A stretch of 64,000 nt of DNA from Felis catus (taxonomy: Eukaryota): positions 183,770,001 through 183,834,000 of the forward strand of contig NC_058368.1 in the NCBI RefSeq assembly GCF_018350175.1, written 5' to 3'. This document shows, piece by piece, positions 1 to 12,956 of the stretch (position 1 is the stretch's first letter; each line of letters starts with the position of its first letter). The notes beneath the pieces are model-generated. The model saw only the letters and a list, made by a program, of their open reading frames with translations, ran no database searches and was not told the origin of the DNA. Made by a program: the position numbers and the translations under genes.

Positions 1-1152
1 AGAAAATATTTGTCTATCCATTACTTTTTTCAATCCCTACCATGTTTTTTTTCCAATACCACTTTAATTTAAATTTTGACTATCAACTTAGAATTGAGCA
101 AAAGAAATAGATTTCCAAAATCAGTGGGCTGCTGTGAATCACTTTCAATAAGAGAAGAAAAACAAATGAATTACAGCTAGCATTAGGCCCTGGAATTGAA
201 ATTACAAGCACTCTGAGGAGTAATTATAGTATGTGGTCCAAGGATCCTGCTGCTCAGGTCCATTAACATTGCACACCCTGCTGAATTATGAAAATATTCC
301 TAAGATCTAACATTTTTACAAAAAGATGCTGAAACCAAATCCCCAAAATACTCCCTTGATAAATACAAGGTTCTATAAAACTCAATATTTATATTGTAGT
401 CTTAAGAAAACTTTAAGACATACAGATATATTTCACATGTTAAAAGCGGTGAAGTGTCTGGTATTAAAATGAATGTGCAGAGCAACTGAAAACTCCATTA
501 AATAGACCTGATTTTAAATTCCATCACCAACAGAAAATGACTCTGGTACTCCCACAGTAATAAAGCCCAGAGTTCTTTCTCTGCAGCTCAGGAATGCAGA
601 CCTGAGCAAGTGAAAGTTACAGAAAGGTTGATTTCATCTTACTATAAGGAGGAAAAAATGCATCATGAGATAAGAGTGTTTTCAGTGACTAAAAACATTT
701 AAACAGAGAATAGGTTCATGTTAGACCATTCTAGCAAAGGTTTCTGACCAGAGGGCCCCCACATTTCTTTCCCACATTTAGTCCATTATTTCTGTGCTTC
801 AATAACCTTTGTAGTGGGCTTACAAAAAAATGTAAGATACAAAACAAATCTGTGTTAAATATACATTAAATATCAATTCCATATTAAGCATTTCTTTAAA
901 AATGTGTCATGCTGTTCAAGAATGTATCATAATCACAAGTAGCCCCTCACATTTGGAGTTTCCTAGGTCTCAAACACTCTTTTCCCATCCTCTGTCCCAG
1001 TAATATAACCTATCCTATAAGTTCTAGGTATGTACTACCTTTTCCATAAGTTAGTTTCTGTCCCTCTCCACTGTTGAAACAGATTGTGTTTTACCTATTT
1101 CCTTTGCTAGAACCATAGGCTCCCATAGGCAGTAGTTGTGATTATAATTAAA

Positions 1153-1442
1153 ATGTACCCAAAAAATTAGTTCTGTAGAAACGCCAGTTCCAGCATGTTG
1201 ATGTATTTTAAAAAGAAGATTATTTTTGAGATAAATTTGGAGAATGCTGTATGATTCAGAGATTAAGCAAAGTCATTTATTAAAGGACATCACAGAGCCA
1301 TGAAACTTTTATATTCTGTGAATTACTATTAAAAAGGTAAATGGATACAGAATTTCTCAAAATTGTTTTACTTCAGACTCATTTTTTTTTCATGGAGCAC
1401 TTTCTAAGACTAAAGTTTCTTCACATTTGTTTTAGAGAACAT
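1153..1442. mobile_element. MER103-like hAT-Charlie MITE, degraded
   Basis: Motif order (GTTCTGTAGAAACGCCAGTTC ... ATAAATTTGGAGAATGCTG ... AGGACATCACAGAGCC ... TTTTTCATGGAGCAC ... GACTAAAGTT) follows my recollection of the MER103C consensus. Confidence 0.6.
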
Positions 1443-1751
1443 GGAATTATTTTATTCACCATTCCCTCGATTGCACCTGGCACAAAGTAGACAGGTAGGA
1501 AAAACTAATTGTATCAGTTTTTAAAGTGTAAACTAACCGGCTTTCAGGTTTCTTGATAAAGGCCACCCACCCACCCCTATTTTTTTTAAAAGGGACTTGG
1601 TGATCATCCTCTTCATTCTGATTACAGGAATTCCCTGATATACTTGGTCACTTAATTTCTGTGAGAATAGTTCAGGGCTGAAGATATTATATCTACATGA
1701 GCAGTGTGTTTCATTTTTAGATAGCAATTGTTTAAAAAATTCTTTTTCACT

Positions 1752-1943
1752 GGGACACCTGGGTGGCTCAGTTGGTTAAGCTTCTGACTTCAGCTCAGCT
1801 CATGATCTTGTGGTTCCTGAGTTTGAACCCCACATCAGGCTCCTCATGGACAGTGTGTCGCCAGCTTGAAATTCTCTCTCCCTTTCTTTCTGCCCCTCCT
1901 CCACTTGTGTATCCTATCTCAAAATAAATAAACTTAAAAAAAA
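1752..1943 (+). mobile_element. Carnivore/feline SINEC
   Basis: GGGACACCTGGGTGGCTCAG head, CT-rich tract, AAAATAAATAAAC tail, degenerate TSD AAAAAATT(c/g)(t/c)TTTTCA. Confidence 0.95.
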
Positions 1944-2699
1944 TTGCTTTTCATTTAATTTATAACTGAGTACCTCTAACTGCAGTGCACTGATTCAAGC
2001 TCTTCCTCTTCAAATGACTAAAAAAGTTTACACTTTCTTCTACCTAACACTTCACAGGCATTCCTTTTAGGTTTCTACTCTCTGAAGTGAACATCTTAGT
2101 TCCCTTATTCCTACTGCAGTGTGGTTTCCAGATTCTTAAGTTCACAGCAAACTTGCTATAAAAATTTAGGTTGTTAACTCTGTGTTATTCTTCTAAAGCA
2201 TGTTTTAGGTCAAAATAAGACATAATCTTAATACTTTGGAAAGATGCCATGGCCTAATCCTATGTTCTCTATTTCATTCATATTGCTCCTGTGGCCCAGA
2301 ATGCTTTTCTTTCTTTCCTTCACCTCTACAAACAGTGTTTACCTTTTGAGATCAAGTGCAACCCCATGGCATGCTCAACTACTTTAGCTACCATTTCTTC
2401 TCTCCTGCTTTCAGATAAATCATTCAGGACTCATCGTCTACTATCACAATTTACCCTCCCCATTTTCTTTATTATTCGCTGATATCCCATGTGTATTTTT
2501 CTTTATTCTCTAAGAGGTTATAAAGGTATGAGGGCAAGTACTTTATTTCTCCAGAGCACTTTATAAAATGCTTACACACATGAAATCTATTGATTTAACA
2601 TTGCCTGAAAATGTTGATGCACATTAATATGCAGATTGCTATGGCTATCACCCTTACAAACCTCCTTGCTCCTTAATATTTAGAGGGCTAAGGTAAAGA

Positions 2700-3160
2700 G
2701 CACTGGGATAGACATAGTCAGTTGGTATGCAGTTTACTTCCTGACTTCCCAAGCTTTTCTCTTTACTGTGAGGGAAGGGTGCTGTGCTGAAAAGGACACT
2801 TCCAGATTCTCTGGCCTGGTTTCCTGATAGGTCCCTCAAATAGGAGGCACTGGTAGGAATTTAAAAGGCAAAAGTGAGGAAAAAGTCCTTCTGTTTTCAA
2901 CTCTCAAAGTAACAGAAAGGCAACTACAAGAGGGTGTAGACTCCAGCATATGCAGGTAATAATAGCAGCAGGTGAGGAAGTTCCCTTTCAGAAGCATTGC
3001 CTCAGCTTAACTGGGAGTTCTCTCTAGGACAGAGGCAGGGGCAGCTCCCTGATTCCATGTAGTATCTACTCATCCCTTTCCCTGCCCATCTATTATTTTT
3101 GAAAACATTCCTCTGCATTAAAAACCTCTCTTTGAGGGTACATAAATGGCCGTTAGACTT
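2700..3160. mobile_element. LTR33-like ERVL solo LTR, degraded
   Basis: CTGGTTTCCTGATAGG...AATAGGAGGCACTGGTAGGAA segment resembles the recalled LTR33 core; boundaries approximate. Confidence 0.4.
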
Positions 3161-3169
3161 ATGAAAATC

Positions 3170-4125
3170 CATCAAGGAAATACAAATTAAAAACATAATG
3201 AAATACCTGTAAATAATTACCCAAGCCATTTAGAAAGTACAGAAATAGAGGCTCCTGACTGACTCAGTTGATAAAGCGTGAGACTCTTCATATTAGGGTT
3301 CTGAGTCTGAGTCCCACATTGGGTGGAGAGATTAGTTAAAAGATCTAATAAAATTTTAGAAAGTAATAAAAACAGAAAATGCAGAAAGAAAAGAAAAAAT
3401 ACCAAGCATTGACGAGGATGTACAACAACCAGAATTCTCAAATACAGCTTCTGGAGGTATAAACTTGGCACAAACTCTTTAGGAGCCTAGGTAGCTGTTT
3501 ATACTGAAAGTGAACTTAGGCCACCTCTATGGTCCCAGAGCTCTATTTCTAGGTATATACTCATCATAAATGTGTACAAATGTTTACCAAACGACATGTA
3601 ATAATATGTTCACAATGTACTATTTATGGTAGCTGAAACCTGGATATTACTCAAATCTTCATTAACAACAGAAGGATAAATTGGGGTATATTCACATAAT
3701 AGGGATACTTACAGCAATGATGATGGCTGTCTACAACTACATGCAACGATATGGATAAATTATACAAACAATGTAGAGCTAAAGTAGTCAGTCGTGAAAG
3801 TACACATACTGTATTATCTCTTTTATATGAAATTAAAGCAGACAAGACTAGCATATGCTATAAGAAGTTAAGATAATGTACTACCTTTTGGGGAACAGGA
3901 GACAACCTAATGGAGTGCCAGGTGATCTGTTTCTTTATCTGGGTGCAAGTGACAAGGTTATTCACTTGGTAAAAATCATTCAGGTACACTCCTACAATAT
4001 ATGCACTTTTCTGTATGTATATGTGTGTGTGGAGAGAGAGAGAGAGAGAGAGAAGAGAGAGAGAGCGAGCAAAGATAGAGCGAGCGAAGAGAGAGAGAGT
4101 GTGCTTCAGTACAAACTTTTAAAAA
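3170..4125 (+). mobile_element. Ancient L1M (L1ME-like) ORF2 C-terminus and 3'UTR fragment
   Basis: CATCAAGGAAATACAAATTAAAA, TTCTAGGTATATACTCA, GGATAAATTGGGGTATATTCACATAAT motifs typical of L1M 3' ends; interrupted by a short SINE and a GA repeat. Confidence 0.75.
3248..3350 (+). mobile_element. Short tRNA-Lys-derived carnivore SINE without CT tract (SINEC_old-like)
   Basis: tRNA-like head GGCTCCTGACTGACTCAGTTGATAAAGCGTGAGACTCTT followed directly by A-rich tail; flanking TTAGAAAGTA repeats. Confidence 0.8.
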
Positions 4126-4467
4126 GGTCCTGGTCTACTTCAGACCAGGGTATATCAGTGATTTGTCACTGCATACCTAGGGTAATATACTGGGAAAAAA
4201 GGAAAGCAAGTATTCTAAACATTTGTTTTAGCCATTAAAACAAGCAAGCAAGCACTAAGCAAGTTTTCTCAGAACACCTAACTATAAAATAAAATAACTG
4301 AAAAACCTGCAGTAGTTTCTGTCTTCTTGACTTAAGGCACATAGATGTAGGTTTCCTTGCTTTCCAAGTTAACACATGTAATTCTTATGTTCTATTTCAA
4401 AATAGCTTTTATCATTTCTGTAAAATAACTAAAAATTCCAGAACATACATGTTAAACATTTCTGCCA

Positions 4468-4669
4468 GAGGCGCCTGGGTGGATTAGTCGGTTAAGTGTT
4501 GGACTTTGGCTTAGGTCATGATCTCACGGTTCATGAGTTCAAGCCTTGCATCCGGTTCTGTGTTGACAGCTCAGAGCCTGAAGTCAGCTTTGGATTCTGG
4601 GTCTCCCTCTCTCTCTGTCCCTCCCCCTCTCGCGCTCTGTCTCTCTCAAAAATAAATAAACATTAAATA
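4468..4669 (+). mobile_element. Feline SINEC
   Basis: Head, (CT)n tract and tail present; TSD ATTTCTGCCA at 4458-4467 and 4670-4679. Confidence 0.95.
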
Positions 4670-4997
4670 ATTTCTGCCAAATCCCATGAAGTATTCCAAA
4701 TCAGTAAGATATGATTCAGGTTTTAAAAATATGCAACAAATACCAGTGGCATTTTCACATATTTTAAATACCCAACTTTATCTTCCAGATCATATTTAAA
4801 CATTTTCATTCATAATCATTATTTTCATAAAATTTCTTGAGTCTTTAACAGGAATAAAAGTTCCCCGCTGCTAGACAAGGAAAGTGGTTATTAAATAAAA
4901 AACCTGAAGGAAGTTTTGTTTTGTCTTTCATTATTAAATAATATTCAGAGACTCACACTATTTAATGGAATTTCTTTTAAAACATACAGAAGTGAAA

Positions 4998-5902
4998 GGG
5001 AGGAGAGGACGGTGGCGTAGGAGGACGCTGGGCTCACCTCGTCCTGCTGATTGCTTGGATTCCACCCACACCTGCCTAAATAACCCACAAAACCGCCAGA
5101 AGACTAGCAGAAGCCAAGCTTAGATGGGAGGCCCACGGAAGAGGGTAGGAAGGGCGGAGAGGCGGTGCGTGCTACACGGACTGGTGGGAGGGAGCTGGGG
5201 CGGTGGAGGGGCAGCCCGCCCAGCAAGGCAGAGCCCCCGAGTCTGGCTGGCTGGCAAAAAGCAGAGGGGCTGGACTGTGTGAATTCTGACAGCCAGCAGG
5301 ACTTAACATCTGGAATGTTAAAGTCAACAGCTCTGTTCGGAGAGCAGGAGGGCTAGAGGACAACGGGAGGGAGAGTTGTTGAGCCCGGAAGACAGAGCTC
5401 AGCTCAGCGGTTATCAAAGGCACTGGGAAGCGCAATCTCCCTTGCCCATCCCCCAGCCAAAATCTCAAAGGGAACCAGTTCCCCTCACCAAAATTGCTTG
5501 CACCGTGGAAACACCCAACGCTATGCTTCTGCGGATCCATCCCTCCCACAGGTCTGCCTGCCTTTTTCCCGCAGGGGCCACTGACGGCAAAGCAAGCTAA
5601 GCCTTCCCCTCCCGCCCCTGTGCACCTTGCAGATCCACCCCGGCTAATATGCCAGATCCCATAGAAGCGGCACCACAAGCCTGGCAGTGTGCAAGCAGCC
5701 TAGACAGGGCCCACACCACTCCACAGTGAGTCCTGCCCCTGGGAGAGGGGACGATAAGGTACACACCAGTATGACTGTGGCCCAGCAGTGGGCTGGGGAC
5801 AGATACCGGGTCTGACTGCAGCCCCACCCACCAACACAAGTTACTCCAGACAGCACAGGGGAAGTGTCTTGCAGTTGGGCGCCACCCCAGGGACTATCCA
5901 AA
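4998..5902 (+). promoter_or_regulatory. L1 5'UTR / internal Pol II promoter
   Basis: About 900 bp GC- and CpG-rich segment between the 5' TSD and the ORF1 ATG; L1 5'UTRs are known internal promoters; activity of this copy unknown. Confidence 0.8.
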
Positions 5903-6789
5903 ATGACTAAACAGAAGAATTCTCCTCAAAAGTCGAGAAGTAGCGACAGCTAACGAATTGATCAAAAATGATTTAAGCAATAAAACAGAACAAAAATTTA
6001 GAATAATAGCCATAAAATTAATCACTGGGCTTGAAAAAAGCATAGAGGACAGCAGAGAATCTATTGCTACAGAGATCAAGGGACTAAGAAATAGTCACGA
6101 GGAGCTAAAAAATGCTATAAGTGAGGTGTAAAATAAAATGGACGTGGCAATAGCACGGATTGAAGAGGCAGAGGAGAGAATAGGTGAAATAGAACATAAA
6201 ATTATGTAAAAAGAGGAAGCAAGAGAAAAAGAGAGATAAAAAAAATCCAAGAGTATGAGGGGAGAATTAGAGAAGTGAGGCATTCAAACAGAACAATATC
6301 CGTATAATTGGAATTCCAGAAGAGGAAGAGAGAGAGAAAGGGGCTGAAGGTGTACTTGAACAAATCATAGCTGAGAACTTCCCTGATCTGGGGAAGGAAA
6401 AAGGCATTGAAATCCAAGAGACACACAGAATTTCCTTCAGACGTAACTTGAATCGATCTTCTCACGACATATCATAGCAAAACTGGCAAAATACAAGGAT
6501 AAAGAGAAAATTCTGAGAGCAGGTAGAGATAAACAAGCTCTAACTTACAAAAGGAGACCCATAAGAGTACTGGCAGACCTATCTACTGAAACTTGGCAGG
6601 CCAGGAAGGAATGGCAGAAAATTTTCAATGTGATGAACAGAAAAAATACGCAGCCAAGAATCCTTCATCCAGGAAGTCTGTCATTCAGAATAGAAGGAGA
6701 GATAAAGGTCTTCCCAAACAAACAAAAACTGAAGGAATTCATCACCACCAAACCAGCCCTACAAGAGATCCTAAAGGGGGATTCTGTGA
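5903..6789 (+). pseudogene. L1 ORF1p (RNA chaperone) remnant
   Basis: ATG at 5903 (MTKQKNSPQK); C-terminal QPRILHPGSLSFRIEGEIKVFPNKQKLKEFITTKPALQEIL; in-frame stops at 6129 and 6207 plus frameshifts. Confidence 0.93.
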
Positions 6790-6857
6790 GTGAAATGTTG
6801 CAAGGACCAAAAAGTACCAGAGACATCACTACAAGCCTGAAACCTACAGACATCACA

Positions 6858-9800
6858 ATGACTCTAAACCCATATCTTTCAACAATAACACTGAATGTAA
6901 ATGGACTCAGTGCTCCAACCAAAAGACACAGGGTATCAAAATGGATAAAAAAACAAGACCCATCTGTTTGCTGTCTACAAGAGACTCATTTTAGACCTGA
7001 GGACACCTTCAGATTGAAAGTGAGGGGATGGAGAAATATCTATCATGTTACTGGAAGTCAAAAGAAAGCTGGAGTAGCCATATTTATATCAAACTAGACT
7101 TTAAAGTAAGGCTGTAACTAGAGATGAAGAAGGGCATTATATAATAATTACAGGGTCTATCCATCAGGTAGAGCTAACAATTATAAATGACTATGTGCCC
7201 AATACGGGAGCCCCAAATATATAAAACAATTAATCACAAACATAAGCAACCTTATTGATAAGAATGTGGTAATTGCAGGGGACTTAAATACTCTGCTTAC
7301 AACAATGGATAGATCATCTAGACACAGAATCAATAAAGAAACAAGGGCCCTGAATGATAGATTGGATCAGATGGACTTGACAGATATATTTGGAACTCTG
7401 CATCCCAAAGCATCAGAATATACATTCTTCTTGAGTGCACATGAAACATTCTCCAAGATAGATCACATACTGGATCACAAAACAGCCCTTCATAAGTATA
7501 CACGAATTGAGATAATACCATGCACACCATGCAACTTTCAGACCACGATGCTATGAAGCTTGAAATCAACCACAGGAAAAAGTCTGGAAAACCTCCAAAG
7601 GCATGGAGGTTAAAGAACAGCCTACTAAAGAATGAATGGGTCAACCAGGCAATTAGAGAAGAAATTAAAAAATACATGGAAACAAATGAAAATGAAAATA
7701 CAACAATTCAAACACTTTGGGATGCAGCAAAGACAGTCCTGAGAGGAAAATACATTGCAATCCAGGCCTATCTCAAGAAACAAGGAAAATCCCAAATACA
7801 GAATCTAACAGCACACCTAAAGGAAATAGAAGCAGAACAGCAGAGATACCCAAAACCCAGCAGAAGAAGAGAAATAATAAAGATCAGAGCAGAAATAAAC
7901 AATACAGAACCAAAAAAAAAAAAAAAAAAAACCTGTAGAGCCGATCAATGAAATCAAGAGTTGGTTTTTTGATAAAATAAACAAAATTGATAAACCTCTA
8001 GCCAGGCTTCTCAAAAAGAAAAGGGAGATGACCCAAATAGATAAAATTCATGAATCAAAATGGAATGATTACAACCAATCCCTCAGAAATAAGAGCAATT
8101 ATCAGGGAATACTATGAAAAATTATATGCCAACAAACTGGACAACCTGGAAGAAATGGACAAATTCCTAAGCAGCCACACACTTCTAAAACTCCAACAGG
8201 AAGAAACAGAAAACTTGAACAGACCCATAATCAGCAAAGAAATTGAATCAGTTATCAAAAATCTCCCAACAAATAAGAGTCCAGGACCAGATGGCTTCCC
8301 TGGGGAATTCTACCAGACATTTAAAGCAGAGATAATACCTATCCTTCTCAAGCTGTTCCAAAAAATGGAAAGGGAAGGAAAACTTCCAGACTCATTCTAT
8401 GAAGCCAGCATTACTTTGATTCCTAAACCAGACAGAGACCCAGTAAAAAAAAAAAGACAACTACAGGCCAACATCCCTGATGAATATGGATGCGAAAAAT
8501 TCTCAATAAGATACTAGCAAATCGAATTCAACAGCATATAAAAAGAATTTTTCACCATGATCAAGTGGGATTCATTCCTGGGCTGCAGGGCTGATTCAAC
8601 ATTTGCAAATCAATCAATGTGATACATCACATTAATAAAAGAAAAGATAAGAACCATATGATCCTGTCAATCGATGCAGAAAAAGCGTTAGACAAAATTC
8701 AGCATCCTTTCTTAATAAAAACCCTCAAGAAAGTCGGGATAGAAGCAACATACTTAAAAATCATAAAAGCCATTTATGAAAAGCCCACAGCTAACATCAT
8801 CCTCAATGGGGAAAAAACTGAGAGCTTTCCCCCTGAGATCAGGAACACGACAGGGACGTCCACTCTCACTGCTGTTGTTTAACATAGTGTTGGAAGTTCT
8901 AGCATCAGCAGTCAGACAACAAAAGGAAATCAAAGGCATCAAAATTGGCAAAGATGAAGTCAAGCTTTCACTTTTTGTAGATGACATGATATTATACATG
9001 GAAAACCCGAAAGACTCCACCAAAAGTCTGCTAGAATTGATATGTGAATTCAGCAAAGTTGCAGGATACAGAATCAATGTACAGAAATCAGTTGCATTCT
9101 TATACACTAGTAATGAGGCAACAGAAAGACAAATAAAGGAACTGATCCCATTCACAATTGCACCAAGAAGCATAAAATACCTAGGAATAAATCTAACCAA
9201 AGATGTAAAAGATCTCTATGCTAAAAACTATAGAAAGGTTATGAAAGAAATTGAAGAAGATATAAAGAAATGGAAAAACATTCCGTGCTCATGGATCGGA
9301 AGAATAAATATTGTTAAAATGTCAATACTACCCAAAGCCATGTACATGTTCAGTGCAATCCCAATCAAAATTGCACCAGCAGTCTTCTCGAAGCTAGAAC
9401 AAGTAATCCTGAAATTTGTATGTAACCACAAAAGGTTGAAGAAGACCAAAGCAGGAGGCATCACAATCCCAGATTTTAGCCTCTACTACAAAGCTGTAGT
9501 CATCAAGACAGCATGGTATTGGCACAAAAACAGACACATAGACCAATGGAATAGAATAGAGACTCCAGAATTAGACCCACTAAAGTATGGCCAACTAATC
9601 TTTCACAAAGCAGTAAAGAATACCCAATGGAAAAAAGACAGACTCTTTAACAAATTGTGCTGGGAGAACTGGACAGCAACATGCAGAAGAATGAAACTAG
9701 ACCACTTTCTTACACCACTCACAAAAATAAACTCAAAATGGATAAAGGACCTGAATGTGAGACAGGAAACCATCAAAACCCTAGAGGAAAAACAGGAAAA

Positions 9801-10677
9801 AAACCTCTCTGACCTCAGCTGCAGCAATTTCTTACTTGACACATCCCCAAACGCAAGGGAATTAAAAGCAAAAATGAACTACCGGGACCTCATGAAGATA
9901 AAAAGCTTCTTCACAGCAAAGGAAACAATCAACAAAACTAAAAGGCAACCAACGGAATGGGGAAAGATATTTGCAAATGACATATCGGACAAAGGGCTAG
10001 TATCCAAGATGTATAAAGAACTCACCAAACTCCACACCCGAAAAACAAATAATCTAGTGAAGAAATGGGCAGAAAACATGAACAGACACTTCTCTAAAGA
10101 AGACATCCAGATGGCTAACAGGCACATGAAAAGATGCTCAACCTTGCTCCTCACCAGGGAAATACAAATGAAAAACGCACTGAGATACCACCTCCCACAA
10201 GTCAGAGTGGCTACAATGAACAAATCAGGAGACTACAGATGCTGGCGAAGATGTGGAGAAATGGGAACCCTCTTTCACTCTTGGTGGGAATGCAAACTGG
10301 TGTAGCCTCTGGAAAACAGTGTGGAGGTTCCTCAAAAAATAAAACTACATCTACCCTATAACCCACCAATAGCACTGCTAGAAATTTACCCAAGGGATAC
10401 AGAAGTGCTGATGCATAGGGGCACTTGTACCCCAATGTTTATAGCAGCATTTTCTACAATAGCTAAATTATGGCAAGAGCATAAATGTCCATCAACTGAT
10501 GAATGGATAAAGAAATTGTGGTTTATGTACTCAGTGGAATACTACATGGTAGTGATAAAGAATGAAATATGGCCTTTTGTAGCAACGTGGATGGAACTGA
10601 AGAGTGTTATGCCAAATGCAATAAGTCATACAGAGAAAGACAGATACCATATGGTTTCACTCCTATGTGGATCCTGA
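6858..10677 (+). pseudogene. L1 ORF2p (endonuclease / reverse transcriptase) remnant
   Basis: EN motifs [37 protein letters not shown] motifs [49 protein letters not shown]; broken by frameshifts and stops (e.g. 8592, 10303); longest open piece 8776-10305. Confidence 0.96.
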
Positions 10678-11370
10678 GAAATTTAACAGAAGACCATGGG
10701 GGAGGGGAAGGAAAAGAAAAAAAAAGTTTATAGAGGGAAGGCGCCAAAATATAAGAGACTCTTAAAAACTGAGAATAAACTGAGGGTTGATGGGGGGGTG
10801 GGAGGAAGCGGAGGGTGGGTGATGGGTATTGAGGAGGGCACCTGTTGGGATGAGCACTGGGTGTTGTATGGAAACCAATTTGACAATAAACTTCATATTT
10901 AAAATAAAGGTCAAAAGGGGAAAAAATAAAAAAAAACACATACAGAAGGACAGTGCCTAAGTACAACTACAATTGCTACTAATGGAACTCCTCATTCATG
11001 GGGACGAGAATAAAGAAACAACATACATACAGCTTTGCAAAGCAGCTATAGCAAGCAATGACCCAACTAGTCAATTTCTTAGGTATCTTAGAAAGTGCCC
11101 CAGCAGAATGGGAACCATTACCACTTGGAGTGATCAGACCAAAAGAGGGATCCCATATAAAGTACAGGATGTGTTGATCCCTGGATAGTAAAAACAACCA
11201 AAGACATAAAGATCAGGTAAGAATAACAGGATCAAGCTTTGTATGGATTTACATTATACATGACTAAAATTTAAAACTTCAGTATTTAATTCCTGGGTTT
11301 ATCAAATAGCAAAAGAGCCACAAATCCTATGCATATTAAGTTATTTAAGTTTTATCATTTACTGTTTATC

Positions 11371-11590
11371 TTTTTTTTAATGTTTATTTATTTTGAAAGA
11401 AAGAGAGAGCACAAGTTGGGGAGGGGCAAAGAGAGAGAGAGATAAAGGGGGTGGTGCATAGGGAGATTGAAAATACCAAGCAGGCTCCATGGTGCCAGCA
11501 CAGAGCCTAATGCAAGGCTCACTGTGAGATAGTGACCCAAGACAAAATCAAGAGTGGGAAGCTTCACCAACTTAGCCACCCAGGCATCCC
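11371..11590 (-). mobile_element. Carnivore SINEC
   Basis: Reverse-complement head at 11570-11590; TSD TACTGTTTATC at 11360-11370 and 11591-11601. Confidence 0.95.
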
Positions 11591-11876
11591 TACTGTTTAT
11601 CACCCGTAAATAACTCTTTTGGTAGGAGTATGTTGTTCATATATATTTTGAGTCCTATAAAATTTGGAAGTATTTCTATCATTCTTGCCCGTGAAAAAAA
11701 TCTTGCTTTGGCATGAAATTGTGGTATACCATTTCCCCCTCAAATTCTAATGAAATTTGTTATAGAGGAGAATTTTGATGCTGAACACCTTTTGCACATT
11801 TAGGTAACTCTATGGTCTCTCTAGAAAAGTATACAAAGTATTCTCCCTATTTTTCCTTATAATTAAAAAAAATATA

Positions 11877-12085
11877 GGGGCGCCTGGCTAGCTCAGTTGG
11901 TTAAGTGTCCAACTTCAGCTCAGGTCATGATTTCACAGTTTGTGGGTTTGAGCCTCACATCAGGCTCTGTGCTGACAGCCCAGAGCCTGCAGCCTGTTTC
12001 AGATTCTGTCTCCGGCTGTCTCTGCCCCTCCCCCACTTGTGCTCTGTGTCTCTGTCTCTAAAATAAATAAACATTTTCAAAAAAA
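11877..12085 (+). mobile_element. Feline SINEC
   Basis: GGGGCGCCTGGCTAGCTCAG head, CT tract, AAATAAATAAAC tail. Confidence 0.95.
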
Positions 12086-12475
12086 TCCAGATGTGTAAAT
12101 ATAGGTCTTTTCTATTAATTTTACTTGCAATGCCACAATATATTCTTGAATGTTGTTTTCAGTTTATATTACAGTTGTGAGTAAATCATTCTTTAAGTTA
12201 TACAAAATATATGAAAGATGCAACAGATTCCTTTTGGTTTTATTTACAACATTAGATAACTCTGGTCACCCTGTCAATACTCTTCCCAAACTTAAAACAA
12301 TAAACAAATTAGTGTCACTTCTTTTCACAAGGTACTATAGTATCAATATCCTAAATGATTTTATTGTTTCAAGTATCTCTCTAATTCGTCATCTGTATCA
12401 GAGTTTCTGGACATGGGCCCTATCAACATTTGGGGTTGGTATTTGCAGTGGGGGCAATCTTGTACATGATATTTA

Positions 12476-12956
12476 TTTATTTATTTATTTATTTGTTTGT
12501 TTGTTTATTATTTTTTAAATTTTTTTAACGTTTATTTTTTTTTATTTATTTTTTTTTTATTTATTTTTGGGACAGAGAGAGACAGAGCATGAACAGGGGA
12601 GGGGCAGAGAGAGAGGGAGACACAGAATCGGAAACAGGCTCCAGGCTCCGAGCCATCAGCCCAGAACCTGACGCGGGGCTCGAACTCACAGACCTCGAGA
12701 TTGTGACCTGGCTAAAGTCGGACGCTTAACCGACTGCGCCACCCAGGCGCCCCTTTTAACGTTTATTTTTGAGACAGAGAGAGACAGAGCATGAATGGGG
12801 GAGGGTCAGAGAGAGAGGGAGACACAGAATCTGAAACAGGCTCCAGGCTCTGAGCTGTCAGCACAGAGCCCGACACGGGGCTCGAACTCACGGACCGCGA
12901 GATCATGATCTGAGCCGAAGTCGGCTACTTAACCGACTGAGCCACCCAGGCACCCC
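12476..12956 (-). mobile_element. Feline SINEC (outer element of a nested pair)
   Basis: TSD TTGTACATGATATTTA at 12460-12475 and 12958-12973. Confidence 0.95.
12540..12753 (-). mobile_element. Young feline SINEC_Fc inserted in the tail of the outer SINE
   Basis: TSD TTTTAACGTTTATTTTT at 12523-12539 and 12754-12770; CpGs largely retained. Confidence 0.95.

Larger units (their letters stand above)
4998..10936 (+). mobile_element. Full-length feline LINE-1 (L1_Fc-like), inactivated
   Basis: GC-rich 5'UTR, ORF1 and ORF2 remnants with recognisable L1 peptides, 3'UTR with G-rich tract, AATAAA and A-rich tail; TSD ACATACAGAAG at 4982-4992 and 10938-10948, preceded by TT/AAAA. Confidence 0.98.

Noticed and set aside
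5172..5678. 168-aa antisense ORF in the L1 5'UTR, reminiscent of primate L1 ORF0
   Set aside because: Begins at TTG rather than ATG, lies in GC-rich sequence where long open frames are expected, and shows no recognisable similarity to ORF0
8776..10305. 509-aa ORF as a functional reverse transcriptase gene
   Set aside because: It is a fragment of a decayed L1 ORF2; the N-terminal RT motifs are in other frames and the element has many stops and frameshifts
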